Shown one piece after another: positions 40,907 through 50,252 of a stretch of 51,431 nucleotides of DNA. Position 1 is the stretch's first letter, and each line of letters begins with the position of its first letter. The stretch lies in the sequence record DRR723986_4259. The stretch is one strand, 5' to 3'. The translations under genes and the position numbers were made by a program. A model generated the notes under the pieces. That model was not told the origin of the DNA. It made no database searches and saw nothing but the letters and a program-made list of their open reading frames with translations.

Positions 40907-41962
40907 TTAGCTTTCACTATCGCGCTCTCGCTGACGAAACTCGCCCGGCGTGATGCCAGTCCACTTTTTGAAACAGCGGTGAAACGCCGAGGGATCGGTA
41001 AATCCCATCAGCGCCGCGACGCCGTTAATGGAGAGCTCTGAGCCACTCAAGTAGGCCATCGCCGCATCGCGCCGACACTCGTCTTTAAGTTGCTGGAAGG
41101 TCGTTCCCTCTTTTTTTAGGCGCCGCCGCAGTGTTGGCGCCGACATATTGAGGGCCTCGGTGATCCGTTCAAAACTGGGGAAACCTTGCGAGAAATCCTG
41201 GCCGATCATGGCGCGTACCCTGGCTACCAGGCTGCCATCGTCACGACCACTGCTCAGCACCATGAGCGGATAAGGCGCCGTGCGCAAAAACTCTTTTAAG
41301 CTGCGCTCGTTCTGCACTAGCGGAAAATTGAGATAGCGCGTGTCGAAGACAAATTCATCACGCAGCTGGCCATAGTACACAGGGCATTCGAACAGCTGCT
41401 GATAGCGCACCACACGCGCCCGCTCCCGGGGCGCCTGACCAGCGAAGCGCACTTCTTTTAGCTCGATATTTGTGCCCACCAGCCAGCAAAAGAAACGGTG
41501 CCACAAACTCAGACCATAGAGGTCGGAGGCCTCCACAAAATCGCCGGCAAAGCCTTTCTTGACACTGCCATAACCCACGATGGCACTGTCTCGGCGTGTA
41601 TCTAACTGAATCTGGGTATCGGCTTCGTAGAAGGTGCGAAAGAACTCGCAGGCGCGTTTGATCGCTTTGCCCAGGTTGTCGCAACCCAACAGGCAATAAC
41701 ACATCATACGAAAAGCGCCCGGGGTCACCTTGTGGCCGAGCATCAAGCCAAAGGCTTCATCCTGTATCAGGCTCATTACCTGTTGATACAGGCGCGTGTA
41801 CTGCATCGCGGTGATATGAGGCTGATAGCCGTCGCTGCGGCTGTCTATCGGATTGAAGGGAATCTGCGCATATTGCAGAATTTTGCCCGCATCGTAGCCG
41901 CGCTCCACCGCTAGGTTGAGCAGAGAGCGAGCAAAACGACTGGGAACAGCTTCAAGATCCAT
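40907..41962 (-). CDS. AraC-family transcriptional regulator (OruR-like)
   Basis: C-terminal TLRRRLKKEGTTFQQLKDE.R and GFTDPSAFHRCFKKWTG.TPG; long N-terminal ligand domain. Confidence 0.92.
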   Translation of the reverse strand: MDLEAVPSRFARSLLNLAVERGYDAGKILQYAQIPFNPIDSRSDGYQPHITAMQYTRLYQQVMSLIQDEAFGLMLGHKVTPGAFRMMCYCLLGCDNLGKAIKRACEFFRTFYEADTQIQLDTRRDSAIVGYGSVKKGFAGDFVEASDLYGLSLWHRFFCWLVGTNIELKEVRFAGQAPRERARVVRYQQLFECPVYYGQLRDEFVFDTRYLNFPLVQNERSLKEFLRTAPYPLMVLSSGRDDGSLVARVRAMIGQDFSQGFPSFERITEALNMSAPTLRRRLKKEGTTFQQLKDECRRDAAMAYLSGSELSINGVAALMGFTDPSAFHRCFKKWTGITPGEFRQRERDSES

Positions 41963-42159
41963 AAACTTCGCTATTAGTGTCGGACAAATGCACAGCTTGT
42001 TGGCCCCTGGCACCGCCGCACGACGGAGCAAGACCCAACCAAGTCACAAATTTACCGCCAGAATGTTAACACCCCTCTACACTGTCTGCTAAGTTGTGAA
42101 GATAAGGTAATAAACGCAGATTCGCTTGCACAAATGGATAACAGAGTGTCTTAACAGTG

Positions 42160-42633
42160 ATGGAAGAGCAACGTTTCGATCTTTTCTTAACCGGCCACCT
42201 GGCTGTTGGCAGCGACCGCGATCGCGCTGTCCAACAGCTGGCCGCGCTGTTTAAGCGCCCGCCCGACCAAATAGACAAACTATTGCGCGGGCGCAGCAGC
42301 CGTATTCGCAAGGCGCTCAATGCGGCGGAGGTACAGCGCTTGCAGGCCGGCTTCGACAAAATCGGAATTCTTACTGAAGCGCGGCCCTGCCCCGAAGGCA
42401 CCCCACAACAGCGCGCCATCGCTGAGAATATTGGCGACAGCCAGGATACCTTGTCACTGTGCCCGACGGGCAGCCCGGTGCTGCGAGAAAACGAGCGTCG
42501 GCAGGTGGATGCCATCAGTATAGACACAAGCGCCCTCTCTTTGGCGCAAGTGGGCAGTCGCCTTCAAGAGCCCAGAGAGACCGCAGTAAAGGCGCCAAAT
42601 ACCGACCACCTACACATTCTCGACCACGACTAA
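42160..42633 (+). CDS. Hypothetical protein
   Basis: Only plausible ORF in the gap; N-terminal alpha/beta-looking domain (LAALFK..IDKLL.G...IRK) and repeated LSLxxxGS motifs. Confidence 0.75.
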   Translation: MEEQRFDLFLTGHLAVGSDRDRAVQQLAALFKRPPDQIDKLLRGRSSRIRKALNAAEVQRLQAGFDKIGILTEARPCPEGTPQQRAIAENIGDSQDTLSLCPTGSPVLRENERRQVDAISIDTSALSLAQVGSRLQEPRETAVKAPNTDHLHILDHD

Positions 42634-42655
42634 AACGCTTGGCAGTTCAAGGCTT

Positions 42656-42683
42656 AAAAAGGGCAGGCCGCCTACCCCTTTTT
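42656..42683. terminator. Probable bidirectional terminator
   Basis: AAAAAGGGcAGG-ccg-CCTaCCCCTTTTT imperfect hairpin between convergent genes. Confidence 0.5.
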
Positions 42684-44069
42684 ACTCACACTGCTCTGGC
42701 GAGGCAGGCGCATCACCACTTTGAGGCCCGGCCGATTATCCTCCAGGCTAATTGTGCCGTCATGCAACTTCACCACCGCATGTACCAAACTCAAGCCCAA
42801 ACCATTACCGGGGTGGCAGCCGCGGCTGCTTTCTACGCGAAAGAAACGCTGAAAGACTTTTTCACGATCTGCATCCGGCACACCGATGCCCGTATCTGCA
42901 ACATACACGCGGTAGCAATCGGGCTCAACCGATAAGCCCACCTGCACCTCACCACCCTCCGGTGTGTACTTAATGGCGTTATCCACCAGGTTCGCCACCG
43001 CTTGAAAGAGTAGGTTTCGGTCCCCGGTGACTTTGCCCACCCTCGCCAGCGCGGTGTTGAACTGCTGGTCTTTCTCCATGGCCAGCGGTTCATAAAGCTC
43101 GATAACGTCAGACACAAGGGTGCACAGGTCGACATCGGCGAAACCGGAGCGGCGGTTACCTGACTCCACCTGAGCAATGCGCAGCAACGCACTGAAGGTG
43201 CCGAGCAAGCCGTCCGCTTCCTCTATTAATGCCTCCACCTGCTCGCGATTGGCAGGGTCGCTGCAGTCGTCGTGTAAATCGCTGAGCTTATTTCTAAGAC
43301 GTGTTAGGGGCGTTCTCAAATCGTGGGCAATATTATCGGAAACTTGCCGGACCCCGGTCATCAACACCTCAATGCGGTCGAGCATCTGGTTGACGTTTTC
43401 CGACAGGCGCCGGAAGTCTCCAGTGCTGCCACTGACATCAATGCGCTCGGAGAAATCGCCGCTCATGATGCGGTGCAGGGTGGTATTGATGTGCTCGATC
43501 CGCCGCAAACTCAGCCCAGCGGTGATCGCACCGCCAATCGTCCCGAGGATAATGGTCGCGACCATGGAACGCGTTAATGCCCCAGCGACCAGCTTTGTAC
43601 TGTTAAGCACGTCGGCATAGTGGCGTGCCACTAACAGGCGCTCGCCACTTGGCAGCTCGGTGGACAGCGCAACGAATTCGTTGCCGACCGGGTCCGCCAT
43701 ATTGGTTAAGGACTCAAAGTCGAAACCGATCCAGCCATTGCGGTATTCCTTGGCGTCGGGCCACTCATTGAGGTTGCCGGCGATTTTGCGTTTCTCGGCG
43801 TCGCCGACAAAATAAAAAAACCGAATCAGTCGCGTCGGCCCGCTGTGCACCTCGACGAATTCGTCAACGGCTTCGCTACCGCCCTCTTCATAGGCCTGGC
43901 TGAGCGCCTCCAGTTCAAGCTTGACCGAGCGATGTACATCGCTAAAGAAATCGTAGGCGATAAAGGCGTAAATCAACGCCAGTACCATAAATACCGCCAC
44001 GCTCAGCCACGCGACGTAGCTGACCAAAAACCGGAAGGTAAAGCTGGTAAATATCTTACTCAGAATCAT
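42672..44069 (-). CDS. Sensor histidine kinase (HAMP-HisKA-HATPase)
   Basis: Two TM segments, H-box IAHDLRTPL, NLVDNAIKY, DTGIG, FQRFFR, GNGLGL. Confidence 0.95.
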   Translation of the reverse strand: MILSKIFTSFTFRFLVSYVAWLSVAVFMVLALIYAFIAYDFFSDVHRSVKLELEALSQAYEEGGSEAVDEFVEVHSGPTRLIRFFYFVGDAEKRKIAGNLNEWPDAKEYRNGWIGFDFESLTNMADPVGNEFVALSTELPSGERLLVARHYADVLNSTKLVAGALTRSMVATIILGTIGGAITAGLSLRRIEHINTTLHRIMSGDFSERIDVSGSTGDFRRLSENVNQMLDRIEVLMTGVRQVSDNIAHDLRTPLTRLRNKLSDLHDDCSDPANREQVEALIEEADGLLGTFSALLRIAQVESGNRRSGFADVDLCTLVSDVIELYEPLAMEKDQQFNTALARVGKVTGDRNLLFQAVANLVDNAIKYTPEGGEVQVGLSVEPDCYRVYVADTGIGVPDADREKVFQRFFRVESSRGCHPGNGLGLSLVHAVVKLHDGTISLEDNRPGLKVVMRLPRQSSVSKKG

Positions 44070-44733
44070 CCAACATATACCCGGCGCCGCGAACAGTGTT
44101 GAGCAATTGACGATCAAAGCCCTTGTCTATTTTCTGCCGCAACCGGCTGATATGCACGTCGATAACATTGGTTTGGGGGTCAAAGTGATAGTCCCACACA
44201 TTCTCCAACAGCATGGTGCGGGTCACGACCTGACCGGCGTGGCGCATCAGGTATTCCAATAGTTTGTACTCGCGAGGCTGCAGGTTGAAGGTTTCGCCGC
44301 CACGGGTCACTTTGTGTGCCAACAGGTCCATTTCCAGATCGGCAACCTTGAGGCGTGTCACTGCAGAACTGGACTCGTGGCGACGCAGTATCACTTCAAT
44401 GCGCGCTAGCAGTTCTGCGAAGGCGAAGGGTTTAACCAGATAATCGTCGCCGCCCGCTTTAAGCCCCTTCACCCGGTCATCTACTTCACCCAAGGCGCTC
44501 AGGATGAGCGCCGGTGTGGCGTCGTTGGCCGCTCGCAGGGTTTGAATAATGGTTAGGCCATCCACATTGGGCAGCATACGATCGACAATCAGGGCGTCGT
44601 ATTCCTCTGTGGTTGCCTTGACCAACCCGGACTTGCCATCGGCCACGTGCTCAACCTGATAACCACTCTCCCGCAGCCCTTTTACAATATATTCAGCGAC
44701 ACTCAGGTCATCTTCGATCAATAGTATGCGCAT
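44056..44733 (-). CDS. OmpR/PhoB-family response regulator (CusR-like)
   Basis: ILLIEDD, D-R-MLP phosphoacceptor, GGDDYLVKPF, winged helix NVIDVHISRLRQK..TVRGAGY. Confidence 0.95.
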   Translation of the reverse strand: MRILLIEDDLSVAEYIVKGLRESGYQVEHVADGKSGLVKATTEEYDALIVDRMLPNVDGLTIIQTLRAANDATPALILSALGEVDDRVKGLKAGGDDYLVKPFAFAELLARIEVILRRHESSSAVTRLKVADLEMDLLAHKVTRGGETFNLQPREYKLLEYLMRHAGQVVTRTMLLENVWDYHFDPQTNVIDVHISRLRQKIDKGFDRQLLNTVRGAGYMLDDSE

Positions 44734-44836
44734 CGCGTACGGCTTCCCTTGTTCATTATTGTGACTCACTACACAGTTTTTCTTGGCATTCGCTATTGCA
44801 TCAGCGGTTGCCCACTAAGGGCCTATGGCTAAACCC

Positions 44837-44853
44837 CTACGGTACATCTACGG
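44837..44853. promoter_or_regulatory. Candidate OmpR-type tandem binding site
   Basis: CTACGG-tacat-CTACGG direct repeat with an 11-bp period in the divergent intergenic region. Confidence 0.35.
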
Positions 44854-44933
44854 ATTATTTCCCGGCGCCGTGCTGGATATTCTAAGTCCATGCTCAACAA
44901 CGATAATTCCAGCATAGCCGAGGATACAAGCAC

Positions 44934-45407
44934 ATGATCACGATCACTCAGACCGCAATCATTCCCGCTTCCCTGCAGCGCGTGATCCTGGCCCTCGCCG
45001 CCACTCTGCTTTGCACCCTGGCTCACGCCGGTAAAAGCAACAGCTACGATGGAGAGCTCACTTTACCCGCCGACCATCGTCCTGGCTATCAGCCAACCCT
45101 GCGTTTTTGCATCGAAAAAGATGAAATGACAGGGAGCTTTATCGCTCACAGCGCCACCGAAGCCCGCTTTAATCGCATCTGGATGAACCAGCACCGCGCT
45201 AAAACAGGCAATGCGGCGAAAAAAGAGCTTATCAAACTCGGCGCCAAAGCACTTTACCGTGCTATTCATAAACGTGCATCCATGAACTTTCTTCCCGATG
45301 AAAATGGCCGGGTTCGCGTCGCGAAATCCAGCAAGAACTTCGCCGTCGACTACAACCTCCACCTCCGCAGCAGCTCACTGGCCTTCGGTGTGGCCGTAAA
45401 TTTCTAG
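44934..45407 (+). CDS. Hypothetical exported protein
   Basis: GAGG RBS; signal peptide ending AHA; C-terminal alternating strand ending in Phe. Confidence 0.75.
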   Translation: MITITQTAIIPASLQRVILALAATLLCTLAHAGKSNSYDGELTLPADHRPGYQPTLRFCIEKDEMTGSFIAHSATEARFNRIWMNQHRAKTGNAAKKELIKLGAKALYRAIHKRASMNFLPDENGRVRVAKSSKNFAVDYNLHLRSSSLAFGVAVNF

Positions 45408-45426
45408 ACCCAAGGGCAATAAACAT

Positions 45427-45467
45427 CGGCCGCCATAGCTCTGCTACAATGGCGGCCGTTTTTATTT
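45427..45467 (+). terminator. Intrinsic terminator
   Basis: CGGCCGCCAT...ATGGCGGCCG followed by TTTTTATTT. Confidence 0.65.
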
Positions 45468-45479
45468 GGGTAGAAAAAA

Positions 45480-45959
45480 ATGACTCAACAGGCTTTTCCC
45501 GTGGCGGGCGTTTGGCCTCGCCTCGCCGCCGCTGTTTATGACGGCTTCCTGATGTTTGCCGTGCTATTTGTCGCCTCGCTACTACCGGCACTTCTGCTTA
45601 ATGCCGAGCAGCTGGGCAACTCACCGGCAACCGATAGCGTGGTGCACGAACTCAATGCCCCATTGCAAGGCTGGGCCTACAGCGCCTATCTGTTAGTACT
45701 TATTGTTGCCTTTTACGGCTGGTTCTGGAGAAAAAGCGGCCAAACCCTGGGCATGCAGGCTTGGCGCCTAAAACTGGAGTCAACTTCTGGCGAGCAGGTC
45801 ACCTGGCAGCAAGTGATGATTCGGCTACCTGTGGCAGCGCTGGCTTTTTTCCTTTTTGGGGCCGGATACTGGTGGGCGTGGCTGGATAAGCAGGGAAGAA
45901 GTTGGCAGGACATGGCTTCATCTAGCCGCGTGGTACAACTTCCCAAGCATAAGAAATAG
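45480..45959 (+). CDS. RDD-family membrane protein
   Basis: RLAAAVYD, GQTLGMQAWRL, SWQDMASSSRVV; typical neighbour of lptG. Confidence 0.9.
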   Translation: MTQQAFPVAGVWPRLAAAVYDGFLMFAVLFVASLLPALLLNAEQLGNSPATDSVVHELNAPLQGWAYSAYLLVLIVAFYGWFWRKSGQTLGMQAWRLKLESTSGEQVTWQQVMIRLPVAALAFFLFGAGYWWAWLDKQGRSWQDMASSSRVVQLPKHKK

Positions 45960-45968
45960 AGGCGCTAA

Positions 45969-47030
45969 TTACGTGCGCTTCATCATCAGCAAGCCACCGA
46001 CTGCAAAACAGATGATGATCGGACACACACTGGCATAGATGGGGTCGAAGCCATACACCAGGCTCGATGGCCCCAGAATATCCTGCAGGGTGCGGAACAC
46101 GATACCGACCATCACCCCCACGAAGATACGAAAGCCCATTGTCACATCGCGCAGCGGGCCAAAGATAAACGAGATCGCCACGAACACCATGCCCAGTATG
46201 GTTACCGGCTGCAGCAGCTTATTCCAGAACGCCAGCTCATAGTCGCCCGCATTCAGCCCCTGTTTATTCAGGTAACTGGCATAACGCCACAGCCCGCTGA
46301 TCGAGAGGTCTTCAGGGTCCAACACAAGAACATTGAGCAGCTCCGGTGACAGATCAGACTCCCAGTCTCGCTGCGGGAAAAACTGCTGCTCAGCACGCTG
46401 ATCACTGAAATCAACTTGCCGGACATCCTCAAGCATCCAGCTGCCACCGAGGTAATTGGCCCGTTCAGCGTAGGTACTTTGCACCAGCCGTTGCTGGTCA
46501 TCGAAGCGATAGATGCTTACCCCATACAACACGCCATTGGGCTGAACCGCATTGAAATGCATAAAGGCGTCGCTTTCGCGGTGCCACATTCCGTGTCGAG
46601 AGTGACTGCTGGTCGACTTTTGCAGCGCAATCGCGCGCTGACTTTCCGCAATTTGCTGGGCTGCTGGCGCAACGTATTCGGCGACAAACAAGCCGATCAA
46701 GGTGATAAATAGCGTCGGCCGCACCACCGCCATCACCAACTTGGCGGTTGACACGCCTGCCGCTCGCATTACCACCAGCTCGCTGCTGCTCGCCAAGCTA
46801 CCCAGCCCCGCCAAACACCCCACCAGCGCCGCAAAAGGCAGGTATTTATAGAGACTACCCGGCGCCACCAAGCCGACATACTGGAGTACTGACACAAAGG
46901 TATAGTCGCCCCGTATCTCTTTCAGCTCGTCGATCAGGCTGGAGAGTAAGTCGATACCGACGATGACCAACAAAACCAGCAAGATAGCCGCGGCAACTGT
47001 GCGCCCGATGTAGCGATTTAATTTATGCAT
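45969..47030 (-). CDS. lptG: LPS export ABC permease LptG
   Basis: LNRYIG, LGSLASSSELVVMRAAGVS, FIFGPLR. Confidence 0.95.
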   Translation of the reverse strand: MHKLNRYIGRTVAAAILLVLLVIVGIDLLSSLIDELKEIRGDYTFVSVLQYVGLVAPGSLYKYLPFAALVGCLAGLGSLASSSELVVMRAAGVSTAKLVMAVVRPTLFITLIGLFVAEYVAPAAQQIAESQRAIALQKSTSSHSRHGMWHRESDAFMHFNAVQPNGVLYGVSIYRFDDQQRLVQSTYAERANYLGGSWMLEDVRQVDFSDQRAEQQFFPQRDWESDLSPELLNVLVLDPEDLSISGLWRYASYLNKQGLNAGDYELAFWNKLLQPVTILGMVFVAISFIFGPLRDVTMGFRIFVGVMVGIVFRTLQDILGPSSLVYGFDPIYASVCPIIICFAVGGLLMMKRT

Positions 47031-47035
47031 GACAC

Positions 47036-48154
47036 TCAACCACGGCTTCGCCTCCAGGTCAGCCACCAGTGCCGCAACACGCTATCCCAGTAAAGTAGGA
47101 TAAGCCCCAGCGTGAGAAAGGTGAGGTGAATGACCCACATTCCCGGCAGCACTGGCCAATTGCCCTTGGCAATGGCATCGCGCACGGCATTGAGCGCCAC
47201 CAGATAAAACATGTAGAGCATAAACGCCGGAAACATTTTGCCGTAGCGCCCGCGACGATGATCCGTTTTACTCAGCGATACCGCGATCAATGCCGCGATG
47301 GGCACCAACACGCTCAGAGAGATGCGCCACTGAACGGCGGCGATATCCTCCAGAGCGTCACTGCGCCATAACTCTCGCGTTGATTTTCCATCGATCTCTT
47401 GGCGATAGGTTTTTACTTCCGGGTCGCGCATTAGCTGGCTAAGGCGTTCAAAGCGGGTAAATTGATAATCGGACTGCCCAGGCTCGCCAACATAACGCAC
47501 CCCTTTGTCCAACACCAAATGGCGCTCGCCAGTGGCTGCATCCACTTCAAATCGACCGCTCTCGGCGGTAACGAGCGACACCAAGGGGCGCTCGCCCCCG
47601 CCGCTTTGCTGAGGCTCGGCCTGAGCCATAAACACAGAGCGCATCGTCTGGGAATCGCGATCAGTTTTTTCGATATAGGTGACCCTGCCACTGCCCTTAT
47701 CAATTCGAAAGCGCCCCTCAACGGCCGCCTTCACACCGATTTCTGCGCGACTCTCCGCCAGCTTCGCCGCATAGGCCTGTATACCTGCGGGGCTCACCAC
47801 CATGCTGATATAGGCCACGATGGCAGCAATGATAAAGGCGGGAATTTGCGTGTAGAGCAGCAGTCGACGACGGCTCATGCCGCAGGCACTCATTACCGTC
47901 ATTTCGCTATCGACATACAGGCGGCCGTAGGTCAGCAAAATACTGATGAACAGCCCCAGCGGCAGCACCACCTCCAAAAAACCGGGAAGGCGGTACAGCA
48001 TAATAAGAAACAGCACATCGGGCGAGAAATCGCCCGACGCCACCTGTGCAAGGTACTTTACAAACCGCCCGCTCATAATGATTGCCAGCAGCGTTAAAGT
48101 AACCGCAAATACAGATTTAAAAATTTCACTCGCAAGGTAACGAAAAAGAATCAC
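47036..48154 (-). CDS. lptF: LPS export ABC permease LptF
   Basis: ILFRYL..E, GRLYVDSEMTVM.ACG, QWRIS, RRGRY; divergent from pepA. Confidence 0.95.
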   Translation of the reverse strand: MILFRYLASEIFKSVFAVTLTLLAIIMSGRFVKYLAQVASGDFSPDVLFLIMLYRLPGFLEVVLPLGLFISILLTYGRLYVDSEMTVMSACGMSRRRLLLYTQIPAFIIAAIVAYISMVVSPAGIQAYAAKLAESRAEIGVKAAVEGRFRIDKGSGRVTYIEKTDRDSQTMRSVFMAQAEPQQSGGGERPLVSLVTAESGRFEVDAATGERHLVLDKGVRYVGEPGQSDYQFTRFERLSQLMRDPEVKTYRQEIDGKSTRELWRSDALEDIAAVQWRISLSVLVPIAALIAVSLSKTDHRRGRYGKMFPAFMLYMFYLVALNAVRDAIAKGNWPVLPGMWVIHLTFLTLGLILLYWDSVLRHWWLTWRRSRG

Positions 48155-48330
48155 AGCTACCAAGCCCCTCTGCTGGCAAATGGTTTCACGCGCAGATAAT
48201 ACCCTTTACACTAGCGTCATAACACGCTGCCCGTCCCGGTTTTGGACGCAGCAAGCACCGATATAAAAATCTGGCCCGCATTATCGCTTATCGCGGCGCC
48301 CTCTGCGAATGTTTGTCTGAGAGAGAATCA

Positions 48331-49809
48331 ATGCAAATCAGCCTAAAGCCCTGCAAAGACCCGAAAACCATCGCCACTGACTGCCTTGTCGTCTTCAGCA
48401 ATGGCCAGTTAAGCGGCGCCCTCACCGCCATTAACGAGGCGAGCGATGGCGCAATCGACGCACTGCTGAAACGCGGCGATTTTAAAGGCAAGGTCGCAGA
48501 AACACTTTATATCCCTTATTTACCCGGTATTCGCGCCAAACGGCTGCTGCTGGTCGGCACTGGTGACAGCGAGACCGTCAGCGATGCCGACGCCGACAAA
48601 CTCCTGCAAAGTGGTATTGCTGTATTGAACAAGCAGCAGAGCAAAGACTGCTGTCTTCTGTTTGGCGATCTGCGCGTCGACGGGCGCAAAGCCAGTTGGC
48701 TGCTGCAGCGCAGTGCCCAGCTGCTGGAAGTGTCCCGCTACCGTTACAGCGAAACCTTGAGCAAGGCAAAACCGGGCAGCGCATTGCGGCGCGCCGTGTT
48801 GCAAGGCAGCAACAGCGACAGCAACCGTAAGCTCGTCGAATATGGTCAACAAACGGCAGAAGGCATTAACGTCACTCGTCGCCTCGGTGATTTGCCCGGC
48901 AATATATGCACGCCGGATTTTCTCGCGAAAGAATCACGCAAACTCGCTCGACAGTTCGAGAAAGTAAAAGTTAGCGTGCTCGATGAGAAAAAAATGCAGC
49001 AGCTCGGTATGGGCGCCCTGCTCTCGGTTAGCGCCGGCAGCGACCAGCCCGCGCGCTTGATTGCCATTGAATATCAGGGCGCGGCAAAGAGTCAGCGCCC
49101 GCACGTACTGGTGGGTAAAGGGGTCACTTTTGACACGGGCGGCATTAGCCTTAAGCCCGGCGCCAAGATGGATGAAATGAAATACGACATGTGCGGCGCC
49201 GCCAGTGTGGTGGGCACACTTCGCGCCGTTGCCGGAGCAGAGTTAAAGGTCAACGTGGTCGGCATTGTCGCGGCGGCCGAAAATATGCCCAGCGGCCGAG
49301 CAACCAAGCCCGGTGATATCGTCACCAGTATGTCGGGGCAAACCATCGAAATACTCAATACCGACGCCGAAGGCCGATTGGTGCTCTGTGACGCTCTCAC
49401 CTACGCAGGCAAGTATAAACCCGCGTCAGTCATCGATATCGCAACGCTGACAGGCGCCTGCGTTGTTGCCCTGGGTAAACACGCTATCGGCCTATACAGT
49501 AATCAAGACGACTTCGCTGCAGAGCTGCAAAACTGTGGTAACGAGGCACGCGACCGCGCCTGGCCTATGCCCTTGTGGGATGACTACCAGCCGCAACTGG
49601 ACAGTAACTTTGCCGACATGGCAAATATCGGCGGCCCCGAGGCCGGCAGCGTTACCGCCGCGTGCTTCCTGTCGCGCTTTTGTAAAGACTATCGCTGGGC
49701 ACATTTGGATATCGCGGGCGCCGCTTGGCTGTCCGGTGCCAACAAAGGCGCTACTGGTCGCCCGGTAGGTCTGCTCTTCAACTACCTGCAAAGCAAGGCA
49801 AAGGACTAG
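48331..49809 (+). CDS. pepA: Leucyl aminopeptidase PepA
   Basis: GKGVTFDTGG, MKYDM, NTDAEGRL, ATLTGA, WAHLDIAG. Confidence 0.97.
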   Translation: MQISLKPCKDPKTIATDCLVVFSNGQLSGALTAINEASDGAIDALLKRGDFKGKVAETLYIPYLPGIRAKRLLLVGTGDSETVSDADADKLLQSGIAVLNKQQSKDCCLLFGDLRVDGRKASWLLQRSAQLLEVSRYRYSETLSKAKPGSALRRAVLQGSNSDSNRKLVEYGQQTAEGINVTRRLGDLPGNICTPDFLAKESRKLARQFEKVKVSVLDEKKMQQLGMGALLSVSAGSDQPARLIAIEYQGAAKSQRPHVLVGKGVTFDTGGISLKPGAKMDEMKYDMCGAASVVGTLRAVAGAELKVNVVGIVAAAENMPSGRATKPGDIVTSMSGQTIEILNTDAEGRLVLCDALTYAGKYKPASVIDIATLTGACVVALGKHAIGLYSNQDDFAAELQNCGNEARDRAWPMPLWDDYQPQLDSNFADMANIGGPEAGSVTAACFLSRFCKDYRWAHLDIAGAAWLSGANKGATGRPVGLLFNYLQSKAKD

Positions 49810-50241
49810 GTGACTCGCGTCGATTTTTACATTATCGGCAGTACCTCGGCCGATGCGGCAATGGATTTCAGCTGCCGGCTGGCCGAGAAAGCGTGGCGCG
49901 GTGGTCATCAAATATTGATGCACTGCGCCGATGCCCAGCAAGCCGCCGAACTCGACGACCGTCTTTGGCAGTTTAAGCCAGAGAGTTTTCTCCCCCATGA
50001 GCTGGGTGCAGAGGGTGGCACTGACATAGCGATCTGCCACGCAGGCGACCACACCGCCATGGGCGATCACTGCGACTTGCTGATCAATCTCGCCCATGAT
50101 GTGCCCGAGCCATTCAGCCGCTTTACACGGCTGGCAGAAATTGTCGATCAACGCGAGCAGTCACTGGCGGCATCGCGGCAGCGCTACAGCTTTTACAAGC
50201 GTCGCGGCTACCCGCTGCACAATCACAACGTCGGCCAATAA
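49810..50241 (+). CDS. holC: DNA polymerase III chi subunit
   Basis: VDFY, LDDRLW...SFLPH, LINL, R.RY..YK..GY; pepA-holC-valS synteny. Confidence 0.95.
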   Translation: MTRVDFYIIGSTSADAAMDFSCRLAEKAWRGGHQILMHCADAQQAAELDDRLWQFKPESFLPHELGAEGGTDIAICHAGDHTAMGDHCDLLINLAHDVPEPFSRFTRLAEIVDQREQSLAASRQRYSFYKRRGYPLHNHNVGQ

Positions 50242-50252
50242 GGGGGACCGCA

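Noticed and set aside
44783-44800. Sigma54-like TTGGCA...TTGCA
   Set aside because: GG-to-GC spacing is 11 nt rather than the required 10
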